Source of the DNA: Eledone cirrhosa
Taxonomy: Eukaryota
NCBI GenBank assembly: GCA_964016885.1
Contig: OZ024751.1
Coordinates: 41,044,001-41,108,000 of the forward strand
Direction of reading: 5' to 3'
DNA length: 64,000 bases
The stretch's first letter is position 1. Every line of letters begins with the position of its first letter. A program made the translations under genes and the position numbers. Below, piece by piece: positions 14,655 through 28,600 of this stretch. The notes beneath the pieces were generated by a model, which worked only from the letters and a program-made list of their open reading frames with translations, ran no database searches and was not told where the DNA came from.

Positions 14655-15500
14655 AGTACAACCAGATATAACACTGACCAACTGGTCACTGTAACCAGAT
14701 ATAGCACTGACCAACTGGTCATTTTAAGCAGATATAGCACTGACCAACTGGTCACTGTAACCAGATATAGCACTGACCAACTGGTCATTTTAAGCAAATA
14801 TAGCACTGACCAACGGGTCACTGTAACCAGATATAGCACTAACCAACTGGTCATTTTAAGCAAATATAGCACTGACCAACGGGTCACTGTAACCAGATAT
14901 AGCACTAACCAACTGGTCATTTTAACCAAATATAACACTGACCAACTGGTCATTTTAAGCAGATATAGCACTGACCAACTGGTCACTTTAACCAGATATA
15001 ACACTGGCCAACTGGTCATTGTAACCAGATATAGTAGTGACCATCTCGTCACTTCAGTCAGAAATAACAATCAGTGGGTCGCAGTTATTTCTGTATAGAT
15101 CCCTGCATTGCATTCCTGATGTTGTGAAGCGCTGTCGGCTGGCCCTTGCCGGCCATGTCAATCGCCATGATAAACCCGCTGGGAGATTGCTCCTCTGGAC
15201 TCCAGAGGCAAAGAGACGAATTAGCCGGCCGTATATCACCTTGAAATCAATCAACAAGATAAACACAGGCCTCGAAGGAACGGATCTGTGCTGCAACGTC
15301 TGACCGAGGACTCTGGAGCTCAAACTTTGTCAATACATCACCACCACCTCAAGACATCGGATGACCCAAGAAGAAGAAGATTTCTGAAATACCAGTGTCC
15401 ATCTAGACACTTCAACTAGAAATAAATATCACTGAACAACTGGTCATTTTAACCAGAAATAACAATGACCAATCAAAGGCACATCATTTTAACCATTGAC
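14655..15500. repeat. 33-bp minisatellite with alternating A/B units, split by the RTE insertion
   Basis: Unit cagatatagcactgaccaactggtca(ctgtaac|ttttaag). Degenerate units resume at 15385-15500. Confidence 0.9.
15095..15380 (+). mobile_element. 5'-truncated RTE-clade LINE 3' end
   Basis: Translates to RCRLALAGHVNR..LLLWTP..RRISRP..TGL, an RTE-like C-terminus, with a (GAA)n tail. Inserted into the 33-bp satellite. Confidence 0.65.
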
Positions 15501-15924
15501 CAATCGTGTCATCAGAAACATCGTCATCATGTTTTACACAAGATGTCGCAATGATAGAAGAAAATATGAGAATATGGAATCCCCATCGTATTCCAGAAGA
15601 CAGGAAAAAAGCCAACATCAACCCATTAAGTCCCTCATTAAATCTTATATACTTTCTCTTAGTAATATCAGTTAACAATATATTTTATGATAATTGCTGC
15701 TGAAAAATAGAATTACCTTTCTCAAATATATAATAGCCCTCCTCTTCATTCTCGTTCATTCTTTCTGATTCTTTCTCTTTCTCAACATATCTCTCTCTCT
15801 ATCTCCTCTTTCTCCCTCTTCCCTCCCCTCTCTCTATCTATCTCTCTGTCTCTCCCCCTCTATCTCTCCCCTCTTTCTCTCTCTTCGTCTTGTGGCCTGC
15901 CATGAGTGTGTGTGCGTGTGTATG

Positions 15925-15955
<31 letters not shown>

Positions 15956-16083
15956 ATGACAGGCCACAAAACGATTTTACAGTTATAGGGCAGCCTGGTA
16001 AATGTTGCAAAATTATATGTTTGTGTGTGTGTGTGTTTATTTGTTTGTGTGTATATGTATGTATGTGAGTATATGTATAAGTA

Positions 16084-16255
<172 letters not shown>

Positions 16256-16372
16256 CATAGGGAGGTCATAGAGAACTAGTCCTGTTTCTTTCATTATCAT
16301 CATTAGCATATTTTAATGGCGGCCTCATATACCAATGTGTCTTCTATAGTTTCGAGAAACTTCTCGATAGAG

Positions 16373-16462
<90 letters not shown>

Positions 16463-16513
16463 GTATGTATATGTATATATATGTATATATATATATATTT
16501 GAGTATACATGTA

Positions 16514-16546
<33 letters not shown>

Positions 16547-16561
16547 TTGAGTATACATGTA

Positions 16562-16603
<42 letters not shown>

Positions 16604-16615
16604 AGTATACATGTA

Positions 16616-16667
<52 letters not shown>

Positions 16668-16979
16668 AGTATACATGTATATATGTATATATATGTATAT
16701 ATATATATATATATTTGAGTATACATGTATATATAACTAAATATTATACTCTGACTGGATCTATTAATATATAGTGACATATACAACGGAAATGTTACAC
16801 ACACACACATGGTACACACATGGTATATACACACACACTCACACTCACACACACATCCACACACACACGCACACACATAAACACACACACACACACCATC
16901 TTTCTATTTTCTTTCATGTAAGTTTGTTGTTACTGGTTGTTTTGGTTAAATATTTTCGCATCCATATAATACGTGAAAT

Positions 16980-17467
16980 GTGTGTTAGTGTGCTCCAATG
17001 TGTGTGTATGTGTGTGTGTGTGTGGGTGTGTTAGTGTGCTCCAATGTGTGAGTATGTGTTAGTGTGCTCCAATGTGTGTGTATGTGTGTGTGTGGGTGTG
17101 TTAGTGTGCTCCAATGTGTGTGTATGTGGGTGTGTGTGTGAGTGTGTTAGTGTGCTCCAATGTGTGTGTATGTGGGTGTGTGTGTGAGTGTGTTAGTGTG
17201 CTCCAATGTGTGTGTATGTGTGTGTGTGGGTGTGTTAGTGTGCTCCAATGTGTGTATGTGTGTGTGTGGGGGGGGGGGTGTTAGTGTGCTCCAATGTGTG
17301 TGTATGGGTGTGTTAGTGTGCTCCAATGTGTGTGTATGTGTGTGTGTGTGTGGGTGTGTTAGTGTGCTCCAATGTGTGTGTATGTGTGTGTGTGTGTAGG
17401 TGTGTTAGTGTGCTCCAATGTGTGTGTATGTGTGTGTGTGTGGGGGGGGGGTATTAGTGTGCTCCAA

Positions 17468-17499
<32 letters not shown>

Positions 17500-18450
17500 G
17501 GTGTGTTAGTGTGCTCCAATGTGTGAGTATGTGTGTGTGTGTGTGGGTGTGTTAGTGTGCTCCAATGTGTGTGTATGTGTGTGTATGTGTGTTAGTGTGC
17601 TCCAATGTGTGTGTATGTGTGTGTGTGTGTGTGTATGTTAGTGTGCTCCAATGTGTGTGTATGTGTGTGTGTGTGTGTGCTCCAATGTGTGAGTATGTGT
17701 GTGTGTGAGTGTTAGTGTGCTCCAATGTGTGTGTATGAGTGTTTGTGGGTGTGTTAGTGTGCTCCAATGTGCGTGTATGTGTGTGTGTGTGTGGGTGTGT
17801 TAGTATGCTCCAACGTGTATGTATGTGTGTGTGTCTGAGTGGGTGTGTTAGTGTGCTCCAATGTGTGTGGGGGGGTCTGTTAGTGTGCTACAATGTGTGT
17901 GTATGTGTGTGTGTGTGGGTGTGTTAGTGTGCTCCAATGTGTGTGTGTGTGTGTGGGTGGGTGTTAGTGTGCTCCAATATGTGTGTATGTGTGTGTGGGT
18001 GTGTTAGTGTGCTCCAATATCTGTGTATGTGTTAGTGTGCTCCAATGTGTGTGTGTGTGTGGGTGTGTTAGTGTGCTCCAATGTGTGTGTATGTGTGTGT
18101 GTGTGTGGGTGGTGTTAGTGTGCTCCAATGTGTGTGTATGTGTGTGTGTGGGGGGTGTTAGTGTACTCCAATGTGTGTGTATGTGTTAGTGTGCGCCAAT
18201 GTGTGTGTGTGTATGCGTGTATGTGTTAGTGTGTTCCAATATATGTGTGTGTATGTGTGTGTGTGTGTGTGTGTGTGCATGTTAGTGTTCTCCAATGTGT
18301 GTGTTCCAATATATGTGTGTGCATGTGTGTGTTAGTGTGTTCCAATATGTATGTGTGTGTGTATGCGTGTATGTGTTAGTGTGTTCCAATATATATATGT
18401 GTGTGTGTGTGTGTGTATGTTAGTGTGCTCCAATGTGTGTGTGTGTGTGT
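16980..18450. repeat. Fixed 16-mer GTTAGTGTGCTCCAAT separated by variable (GT)n spacers
   Basis: Roughly 40 copies by eye. Confidence 0.9.
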
Positions 18451-18930
18451 GTATGTCGTTATATTTGCAAAAATTACTCTGTGTGTGTGTATGACTAAGT
18501 GTATGCGTATTTGTTGCTAAAAGCTTTTGATCCCAACGGTAAGTTTACAAACACACACATACACACACGCATACAAACACACACACACACACACATGCAC
18601 ACACACACACAGATACAGAGATGCACACAGAAACATACACACATACACACAAACAGACTCACACACGCACACACACACAGACTCGAACACACACACACAT
18701 ACACACAAACCGACTCGCACACACACAAACAAACAAATTCACACACACAAACAGAGACACACACACACACGTCTGCAAATCTTGTATTCATTCTCGGTTG
18801 GGACAATTTTATTCATGTTTAGGGCCTCCATTGGAACAGGCATGAACATCACCACCTCACATCCAACAGCTTTATCACTGTGGGAAAGTAGATTATCTAT
18901 CTATCTATCTGTCTGTCTGTCTCTCTCTCC

Positions 18931-19013
<83 letters not shown>

Positions 19014-19079
19014 TGTGTCTGTGTGTGTGTGTGTGTGCATATGTATGTATTTATATATATATATATGTATATATATATG

Positions 19080-19113
<34 letters not shown>

Positions 19114-19567
19114 TATATACATGTTTGTATGTATACATACATACATACATACATACATACACGTATATGCATGTATATACACACAAACATCTACATGCAC
19201 ACACATACATACGTATAAATAAACACACATATATATATATATATTTGCACACACACACATCCACCCCCCACCCCACCCCACCCACACACACACACACACA
19301 CAGCACAGCACATCACAGCACAGAGAGGCGGTGTGCGCGCGCAGGCCGTGTGTAAATGTACACCATTTTTAAATTGTGAAGACAGATGTAAGGTAAGTTG
19401 AAAAGCTTGAAAAGGAGGAAAGGCTTAAGACTTTTGCTAGCAGCTGTGAAACACTAATGTTAGCAGATCATGAAATGAAAAAAACATACAGCTAAACCTT
19501 ACTTCTAGGTATCATGTTGTGTGGCTGTGATATCTCTGCTCTCTGTCTATATCTGTATATATCTGTA

Positions 19568-19657
<90 letters not shown>

Positions 19658-19817
19658 TGTGTGTGTGTGTGCTTCCCTATATATATATATACATTCATAT
19701 ACACATACATACATACATACATACAGACATAGACCCGCACACACAAATATATCTCTCTCTATATATATATATATATATAAGCAGAAGGGATATTCAATAT
19801 ATATATACATATATATA

Positions 19818-20078
19818 TACGATATTAATAAATGGAAACTATATTTATAAAACCATATTTATTTCATTATACATATTTCAGGGATACCAAATTAAATTAT
19901 GGTATGCCTTCATCAGACAAAATACAATATATAACAGTTTTACAAATAAGCTTTGACGTACCCTATTAAAATGCAACCATTGTTTTTGGAAGTCATCCAA
20001 ATACTTGTCGAGTGCTTTATATCAGTTATAAAAATATTTACTTGTTGTATCCCAACAATTTTAAATAGAACTTTTGCA
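19818..20078 (-). mobile_element. Family H3 second copy
   Basis: Reverse-complement homolog of 7280-7682, inside (TA)n. Confidence 0.75.
19860..19924 (-). ncRNA. Minimal hammerhead motif
   Basis: TATTTTGT CTGATGA AGGcATACCA..TGGTATcCCT GAAA TATGTA TA ATGAAATA. Stem II shows a compensatory change relative to the 7575 copy. Confidence 0.7.
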
Positions 20079-20304
20079 TATATATATATATATATATATA
20101 TTGATATATATATATTGATATAGATACATAATAACATCTAGATTATGTGTTAATATGTTATGATATGTTATGTACACGCATACATATATGTGTGTGTGAT
20201 TGTATATATATATATATATTAGATATGTATATATGTATATATATTATCTGAGGAGGTACTGTATCTTGTGAGCTCGGAGTTAACATATATATGTGTACAT
20301 AAAA

Positions 20305-20495
20305 TAATTGTTTCTACTTTTGGCACAAGGCCAGCAATTACCCAGTGCATTACTGGTACTTTATTTTATCGACCCCGTAAGGATGAAAGGCAAAGTTAAC
20401 CTCGGCGGGATTTGAACTCAGATCATAAAGAGGCGTCACTCTATGCGTCAAAGCATGGCGTCCGACCCTCTACCGATACTGCTAATCCACCGCCC
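20305..20495 (-). mobile_element. SINE A, full length
   Basis: Reverse complement of the family A consensus, including the A-box head. Confidence 0.8.
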
Positions 20496-20589
20496 TAATG
20501 ACCCAAGTGTTGTTGTTCGCTGTTACGCTATGAAAATAGAGTAGAAGAAGGAGGCTGTCATATGATAAATAAAGAGACAGTGAGTGATA

Positions 20590-21030
20590 TATATAATAAA
20601 CAGAGAGAGGGTGACTGAGTGGCAGCAGATATATATGATAAATAGAGAGATGGGGGAGTGAGTGAGAGAGAGAGCAGATATATATGATAAACAGAGAGAG
20701 AGAGGGGGGAGGAAGTGAGAGAGAGAGAGCAGATATATATGATAAACAGAGAGAGAGAGGGGGGAGGAAGTGAGAGAGAGCAGATATATATGATAAACAG
20801 AGAGAGAGAGTGTGTGAGAGAGGGAGGAAGTGAGAGAGAGCAGATATAGATGATAAACAGAGAGAGAGGGGGGGGAGTGAGAGAAAGCAGATATATATGA
20901 TAAACAGAGAGAGAGAGTGTGTGAGAGAGGGAGGAAGTGAGAGAGAGCAGATATATATGATAAACAGAGAGAGAGGGAGTGTTTGTGACAGCAGATATAT
21001 ATATGATAAATAGAGAGAAAGTGAGTGAGT
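20590..21030. repeat. Purine-rich minisatellite (~45-50 bp)
   Basis: agcagatatatatgataaacagagagag repeated about 8 times. Confidence 0.9.
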
Positions 21031-21739
21031 GAGAGTAAATATAAAATATGAGTGGAAAGAAGAGGTGGCTGAGAAAAGGAGAAAGAATGAGAGTACGAAA
21101 GAATGAACATTAGAGTGGATTACAGGAAGAGGTTGGTTTTAAGTTGCTTTAAGCAATTTTTTATACTCATAAATAACGATAGAAAACTTGAACTGTTCTG
21201 GAAAGGTGCAGCTTTACTATGAATATTTTAATAAAAAAAACTTCTGCCATAATGATAATTACATGTAAATCTTACGGCTGTATCCTATTTTAAGAAAACG
21301 CTGAATGTAAAATGAAGAAACGAAACGGCGAAATGCCAAAGTGTACTTAGATACTGTATATACACAGCTATGCACCTTAGTTTTTCTCTATATACGCTGC
21401 TACAATAATATATACTCTTATGTACAAAAGATTCTGTATATACACAGCTATGTACCTTAGTTTTTCTCTATATACGCTGCTACGATAATATATACTCTTA
21501 TGTAGAAAAGATTCTATAATAGAATTAACAGAAAGGATCAAGACATGAGTATCCAGTCAAGCGAAGTTAGACTTTCAATAAATCAAAACGTCATGGTGCT
21601 ATAACGTAATTCCTGACGCGATGTCTTCAGACAAACTCTTAGGTTACACATATAATACGTAATCCATTTTTAAGGCAATGTAGCCTATCGATATGAAAAC
21701 AGACCTGCTTTCAATGTTGTTATTTCAAAGGGGACAAAT

Positions 21740-21958
21740 GGTGGTGGATTCGTAGCATCGGTAGAGCGTCGGACAACATCCTTTGCGGCATATAATTACG
21801 TCCCTTTATGTTCTGAGTTCAAATCCCGACGAGGCTTCCTTTGCCTTTCATCCTTACAAGATGGATAAAATAAAGTACCAGTAATACACTGGAGTCTATT
21901 TAATTGATTTTTCTCTTCCCCAAAATTGTTGGCCTTGTACCTAAATCAGAAACTGTTA
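21740..21958 (+). mobile_element. SINE A inserted in the loop of an older fold-back
   Basis: Family A match. The flanks 21590-21731 and 21975-22095 are diverged inverted repeats. Confidence 0.75.
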
Positions 21959-22360
21959 CTTTATAGGAGACAGACCTTTGAAATAACAAGACGGAAAGTA
22001 GGTCTGTCTCCATATCAATACCTTACATAATAAATGTATTACCTATGAGTTTGTCTGAAGACGTCGTGTCAGGAATTGTGTAATAGTCGTATGATGTAAT
22101 AATGGCACCACAGAAACGTGTATTGTGATAAATCACGTAGTAAAAGGAAACATGCTAATCTAACTTTCGTGTTTTATTGTTACTGAATGTACACTCCACC
22201 CTGTACTGCCCGTGCGATACCACTTCAGTATTGGAAAGGTACATAAGACGTTGAGTGTGTTTTCCTAATTGCCCCATGGTTTTCTGATTGCAGTGACACA
22301 AACACAGCCGCAGCTACCAATTAATAAACATTCTATAGTATAAGTATATATATATATATA

Positions 22361-22553
22361 GGAACAAATAAGACCCCGACGGCTGAGCTCAAGCCGTTTC
22401 GACGGCTAATTCTGGACTAGAATTAGCCGTCGAAACAGCTTGAGCTCAGCCGTCGGGGTCTTATTTGTTCCTATTACCCAGTCTACTACCCTAAGTATTG
22501 AGTACTTTCGTGCGTTATGGTCCACTTGGTTCCTTACCACATTTCCTTCGTTA
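22361..22553 (+). mobile_element. Family H1 copy 4
   Basis: Palindrome 22361-22471 followed by the tail, inside (TA)n. Confidence 0.85.
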
Positions 22554-22571
22554 TATATATATATATATATA

Positions 22572-22788
22572 TGAAGTATTTCCGTCGGAAAGGTACAGGA
22601 AAATAGAGTGCTCTATGTAGGCTACAGAGCTTATTAGTTATGTAATAAACAACATAAGATAATTATTTCATTTACCAGTGGTTTCTTGAAGGCAGATGTT
22701 GTGTCTGACGACTGAAGACAGACACAACACCTGCCTTCAAGAAACCACTGGTAAATGAAATAATTATCCTCTGTTGTTTATTACATAA

Positions 22789-22792
<4 letters not shown>
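22572..22792 (-). mobile_element. Family H2 copy 2
   Basis: Same tail in reverse and same outer arms (tagttatgtaataaacaac...ccagtggtttctt), with a different hairpin core. Tail-to-tail with H1 copy 4. Confidence 0.8.
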
Positions 22793-22861
<69 letters not shown>

Positions 22862-23294
22862 CAGATTAAAGTTTAAGCAAAGGATCGCTGCTTTCACCCT
22901 TAACGAGATCTTCTGAAACTAACAAAGTCAATCTGTGAACGCAGAAGTGAATATATATATATTTATATATATTAGGGTGGCCCTAATATATATATAATTT
23001 TCCGGAAGTTACAATGTTCCCACCCCCTGATCCTGTTCCAATCAACAAGAACACAGGATGTGCTGCAAAATTTCAGCTCAATCGGGTAACTGTTAGACGA
23101 CCCTCAAACGCCTTGAAGTTGGAACATAGTATACGCAACGATTCATTCTGTTCAAAAGCGAAATACTCTTCCCTATCTCGACCATTTTCTTTTTTCTTCT
23201 TAGAGAAATTTATGTGGACACATCCAGGCAACCCCACCAAATGTATATATATTGTATATATCTATAACCACATACTGATATATGTATATATGCT

Positions 23295-23650
23295 CCTCTA
23301 CTTGCTCTCCTTTTCTCCTTGTTCTCCTTGCTCTCCTTGTTCTCCTTGCTCTCCCTTTATCCTTGCTCTACTTGCTCTCCTTGTTCTCCTTGCTCTCCTT
23401 TTATCCTTCCTCTCCTTGCTCCCCTTTTTTCATTGCTTTCCTTGCTCTCCTTTTCTCATTGCTCTCCTTTTATCCTTGGTCTTTTTGCTCTCCTTTTTTC
23501 ATTGCTCTCCTTGCTCTCCTTGCTCTCCTTTTCTCATTGCTCTCCTTTTCTCATTGCTCTCCTTTTCTCATTGCTTTCCTTGCTCTCCTTGCTCTCCTTT
23601 TCTCCTTGCTCTCCTTTTCTCATTGCTCTCCTTGCTCTCCCTTTCTCCTT
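23295..23650. repeat. TTGCTCTCC-based 9-mer repeat
   Basis: Direct inspection. Confidence 0.9.
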
Positions 23651-23780
23651 GTATCTATCTATGTACTTGTTTATATACAAATACAATGAGAAAAGGGGTG
23701 CAAGGAGAAATATGAAAGGAAGGATAGTAAGGAGAGTATATATATATACACATCATATATATACACATCATATATATACA

Positions 23781-23862
<82 letters not shown>

Positions 23863-25364
23863 TCAATACCGAGTGCTCATTTCTCTCAGCTGTCAACCAT
23901 ATACGGATAAATGTATATTAAGGTGGCCCTTAGAAATAAGTAATTTTCCGAAAGTTAAAATGTTGCTACTCCCACGAAAAATAGGTGTTTGCCCTACACC
24001 TGAGCTCTGCCCCAGCTTTGCAAGTTGCCTTCCCCATTATATTTATTGTCATTCATCCTTCACTTATCGTTCTTGTATCGTGACTTAGCAGTTCGACAAA
24101 AAAGGATAGAGTAAATAAGTATCAGGCTTGAAAAAATAAATACTGTGTGTATGTGCATATCTGTCTCTGAGTGAGGATGTGTATGCATGTCTGTGTGTAT
24201 ATTCATATTTACCAGTGTGTGTGTGGATGTGCATATGTGTAAGTATGTATGTATGTCCCTGTAAATATGTGTGTGCATGTCTGTGAGTGACATTTTTTTT
24301 CTTTTCTCCTTCTATGTATCTTTTTGCATTTTGTTAGTTTTTTCCTCCACAAAACTTTGAAGCTATAACACACACATAAAGAAGAGTGAGGTGATATTCA
24401 AAATTAAGTACATATAATGTCTCCATCTTTCTCGTGCTCACTCCCCGCCCCTTTCTAACCAAAGAGGTTTCAGTTTTGAGACCTTGTATTATTAGATATT
24501 TCCACCCTTTATATTTAGTGTAATGATTGTTTGACAATCATACAGCTGGAACAGACTAACGTAGCTTAATGCTTCGAGTAATAACACTAACTACTTTAAA
24601 AAATCCTTGAATAAACAAATAAGACTGGATTAATTCTTATAAACCGTAACCGCTTCTTTTCCATGAAAGCTGTCTTTACCCATATAGGAGGTCGTGTAAA
24701 AACAACACGTGGAACTCTTTTGTAAAACAAAACATATACCGCAAACATCTTGCAATATTTTTTATGTTTACTTACCAAAAAAATATTTGTTGCCTCTGTA
24801 AGTGAGAAAGAAAGAGAAGAAAGATGAGAATATATTATATGCTGTTATGTCTTTATGCCATTGTAAAAAATAAATAACTAAATATATAAATAGATAAAAC
24901 ATACTGTGAAGACATGCAATTCAGCTTCTAAACAGGCACGTTTTTTAAACCCTGGTTCTGATTTTCAAAATAACGCTCCATAACCAACTGTACTAGAGAT
25001 TAAAGTAATTTTATACGGCCATTGCAGTAACCTAGTGACTTCAGTGTCACATCCTGAGTTCTGTTGACCGACAAGATGATGATCCCAAGCTGTTGAAGTA
25101 CAGACCGCTCTTACATAGGTTTATAGCCGTGGTGGAGAGATAGACATCTGGCGTCCTGGATCCGCGGAACCATCACCCTACTTGGGAGGTGGTTCCGGGG
25201 ATAGATATACGCAAGACCGAGTCATACGAGATGGACTGGGATCTTCTAGAACCCATAGCAGTGGAAACATTATCGTGCCATAGATTACCAAACCACATCC
25301 TTACTTATTGCGATCAGAACGGAGATGATTATCCACAAAAACGAGTCTCACGAGTTGGATTAGC

Positions 25365-27000
25365 CATAAGAACGAGACCTGTAAGTTGGACTGACCGTAA
25401 GAACAAGCTCCTTAGCTTACACTGGCGGTAAGAACGAGATCTGTAGGTGACACTGGCCATTAGAACAGATCTGTAGGTGACACTGGCTGTTAGAACGAGA
25501 TCTGTAGGTGACACTGGCTGTAAGAACGAGATCTGTAGGTGACACTGGCCGTAAGAACGAGATCTGTAAGTTACACTGGCCATTAGAACGAGATCTGTAG
25601 GTCGCACTGGCCGTAAGAACGAGATCTGTAGGTGACACTGGTCGTTAGAACGAGATCTGTAGGTGGCACTGGCCGTAAGAACGAGATCTGTAGGTGACAC
25701 TGGCCATTAGAACGAGATCTGTAGGTCGCACTGGCCGTAAGAACGAGATCTGTAGGTGACACTGGTCGTTAGAACGAGATCTGTAGGTGACACTGGCTGT
25801 AAGAACGAGATCTGTAGGTGACACTGGTTGTTAGAACGAGATCTGTAGGTGACACTGGCCGTAAGAACGAGATCTGTAGGTGACACTGGTCGTTAGAACG
25901 AGATCTGTAGGTGACACTGGCCGTAAGAACGAGATCTGTAGGTGACACTGGTCATTAGAACGAGATCTGTAGGTGGCACTGGCCGTGAGGACGAGATCTG
26001 TAGGTGACACTGGTCGTTAGAACGAGATCTGTAGGTGACACTGGCCGTAAGAACGAGATCTGTAGGTGACACTGGCCGTAAGAACGAGATCTGTAGGTGA
26101 CACTGGTCGTTAGAACGAGATCTGTAGGTGACACTGGCCGTAAGAACGAGATCTGTAGGTGACACTGGTCATTAGAACGAGATCTGTAGGTGACACTGGC
26201 CGTGAGGACGAGATCTGTAGGTGACACTGGTCGTTAGAACGAGATCTGTAGGTGACACTGGTCGTTAGAACGAGATCTGTAGGTGACACTGGCCGTAAGA
26301 ACGAGATCTGTAGGTGACACTGGCCGTAAGAACGAGATCTGTAGGTGACACTGGCCGTAAGAACGAGATCTGTAGGTGGCACTGGCCGTAAGAACGAGAT
26401 CTGTAAGTTACACTGGCCGTTAGAACGAGATCTGTAGGTGACACTGGCCGTAAGAACGAGATCTGTAAGTTACACTGGCCGTTAGAACGAGATCTGTAGG
26501 TGGCACTGGCCGTTAGAACGAGATCTGTAGGTGACACTGGCCATAAGAACGAGATCTGTAGGTGACACTGGCCGTTAGAACGAGATCTGTAGGTGGCACT
26601 GGCCGTTAGAACGAGATCTGTAAGTTACACTGGCCGTTAGAACGAGATCTGTATGTGGCACTGGCCGTAAGAACGAGATCTGTAAGTTACACTGGCCGTT
26701 AGAACGAGATCTGTAGGTGGCACTGGCCGTAAGAACGAGATCTGTAGGTGACACTGGCCGTTAGAACGAGATCTGTAAGTTACACTGGCCGTTAGAACGA
26801 GATCTGTAGGTGACACTGGCCGTAAGAACGAGATCTGTAAGTTACACTGGCCGTTAGAACGAAATCTGTAGGTGGCACTGGCTGTTAGAACGAGATCTGT
26901 AGGTGGCACTGGCCGTAAGAACGAGATCTGTAGGTGACACTGGCTGTTAGAACGAGATCTGTAGGTGACACTGGCTGTTAGAACGAGATCTGTAGGTTAG
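25365..27000. repeat. 31-bp tandem satellite, about 52 copies
   Basis: Unit agaacgagatctgtaggtgacactggccgt(a/t). Confidence 0.95.
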
Positions 27001-27039
27001 AACAAGTCCCACGAATTGAACTTACTTTTTTAGCACAGC

Positions 27040-27260
27040 TTCCTCACTATCATCCGGGGTAACACAAGGCAACCTCTATCTAATATATTTCAATGGTTGT
27101 GATATGGTTCAGTGATTGTTCAGACCATATCTAGCTTTATAACAGCAGCACCTGCTTCTTGTTAATACTTTCATCATTGTATAGTTCAGTTCAACTATAA
27201 ATTTGCCAGTTATGTTAAAATGTAAATTCCATTTCCTTTGCCCATTCAAGTCAGCAGTTG
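27040..27260 (-). mobile_element. Degenerate LINE reverse-transcriptase C-terminal remnant
   Basis: The reverse strand gives LEWAK..WNLHFNI (W-x3-W-x-L-x-FN motif), with a frameshift. Confidence 0.4.
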
Positions 27261-27523
27261 TTACTAATGGTTACATATTCAGATTTTGGGTGGTCTGTTA
27301 AGTATTGTTGATAGGGAGTTGTCAAGATAAGGCTCGAAATTGTTGGGATATTTGTGGCTCTGTTTGAAACGGAAAACGTCCTGGTGTAAAGTGTACAAGT
27401 TACAAGAGTGAGGTCCCTTTGTTGCGGGGTTTCCACTCTTTTGTGTATCTTCAATTGCCCAGTAATTACACGCTAATTGTATGCTGGCTTTCTTAGAACA
27501 CATGCAAACAGAATTAATGAAAT

Positions 27524-27745
27524 AATTGTTTCTCCTGTTGGCACAAGGCCGGCAATTTGAAGGGGAGAGAAATGTCGATTGAATCAACCCAGTGCGTTAC
27601 TGGTACTTTATTTTATCGACCCCGTAAGGATGAAAGGTAAAGCTCACCTCGGTGGGGTTTGAACTCAGAACACAAAGAGCAGTATCTACCATATACGCTG
27701 CAAAGAATGTTGTCCGACGCTCTACCGGTGCAGCTGTCAATCCAA
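27524..27745 (-). mobile_element. SINE A
   Basis: Family A match. Confidence 0.75.
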
Positions 27746-27789
27746 TGTTCAGCCTTGTAAATATGATTTAGAATCAAGGGACTTCTGGT

Positions 27790-27975
27790 ACAGGTTGGTG
27801 GCCAAGTGGTAAAACTGTTTGATTCGCAATCATAAGAGCGTTGGTTCGATCCCTGAGTCGGATGGCGGCGTTGTTTTATTGAGCAAGACACTTCATTTTA
27901 AGTTGCTACAGCAGATTAACATAATTCTCAGGGAGATTCAACGTGACACAGTGTGTGGCAAGGTTGGTTCTTTGG
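27790..27975. mobile_element. SINE B head (+) joined to an inverted SINE B fragment
   Basis: GGTTCGATCCC B box and ttgagcaagacactt, followed by ttctcagggagattcaacgtgacacag. Confidence 0.6.
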
Positions 27976-28518
27976 CCTTAGAGGTGCAGTCTATCTCACG
28001 GCCTTCTAAGCATACGACTTCGGTCGACAAGAAGCTGTGATAAATGCCACTTGCGGTTAGATACAGTATTGGATTTACCTATAAGCTATAGCTTAGGGTC
28101 ACACACACTCGGGGGTCGCATTTTTTAATATATATATTTTTAACAATAAAGAAGGTCATGGAATGTGTGTCGAAAGAAATTTGATGAACTAACTCATAAG
28201 TATTAAAGATAAAGTGAAAATCATATGGTGTGTCTGTGTGTCTTATTGGCCAATATATGTATGTTATATATGCGTATATGTATATTTGTATATATACGTA
28301 TACATATATATATATGTCTGTGTGTGTATGTATGTATGTACACATTTATGTGTGTGTGTGAGTGTGTGTGTGAGTGTGTGTCACTTTTTCTATTCATTCG
28401 GTTCCGTATTTTATTTCTCTTCAATTATTCTTTTTAAACTTTTGTGTCTCATTTTCTTTATACGTATGTGTATGTGTATGTGTATGTGTGTATGAATATA
28501 TACATATATATGTGTGTG

Positions 28519-28600
<82 letters not shown>

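Noticed and set aside
16980-18450. Repeat-spacer (CRISPR-like) architecture
   Set aside because: The spacers are only (GT)n of varying length, so this is a minisatellite with internal slippage.
21352-21517. Local tandem duplications (also 9980-10079 and 50350-50550)
   Set aside because: Ordinary short duplications with no further structure.
25365-27000. CRISPR array, or vector contamination (the unit contains TAGGTGACACT as in the SP6 promoter and CACTGGCCGT as in the M13 primer site)
   Set aside because: Units are contiguous with no unique spacers and there are no cas genes. The vector-like matches are only 10-11 nt, and the array diverges gradually into its flanks.
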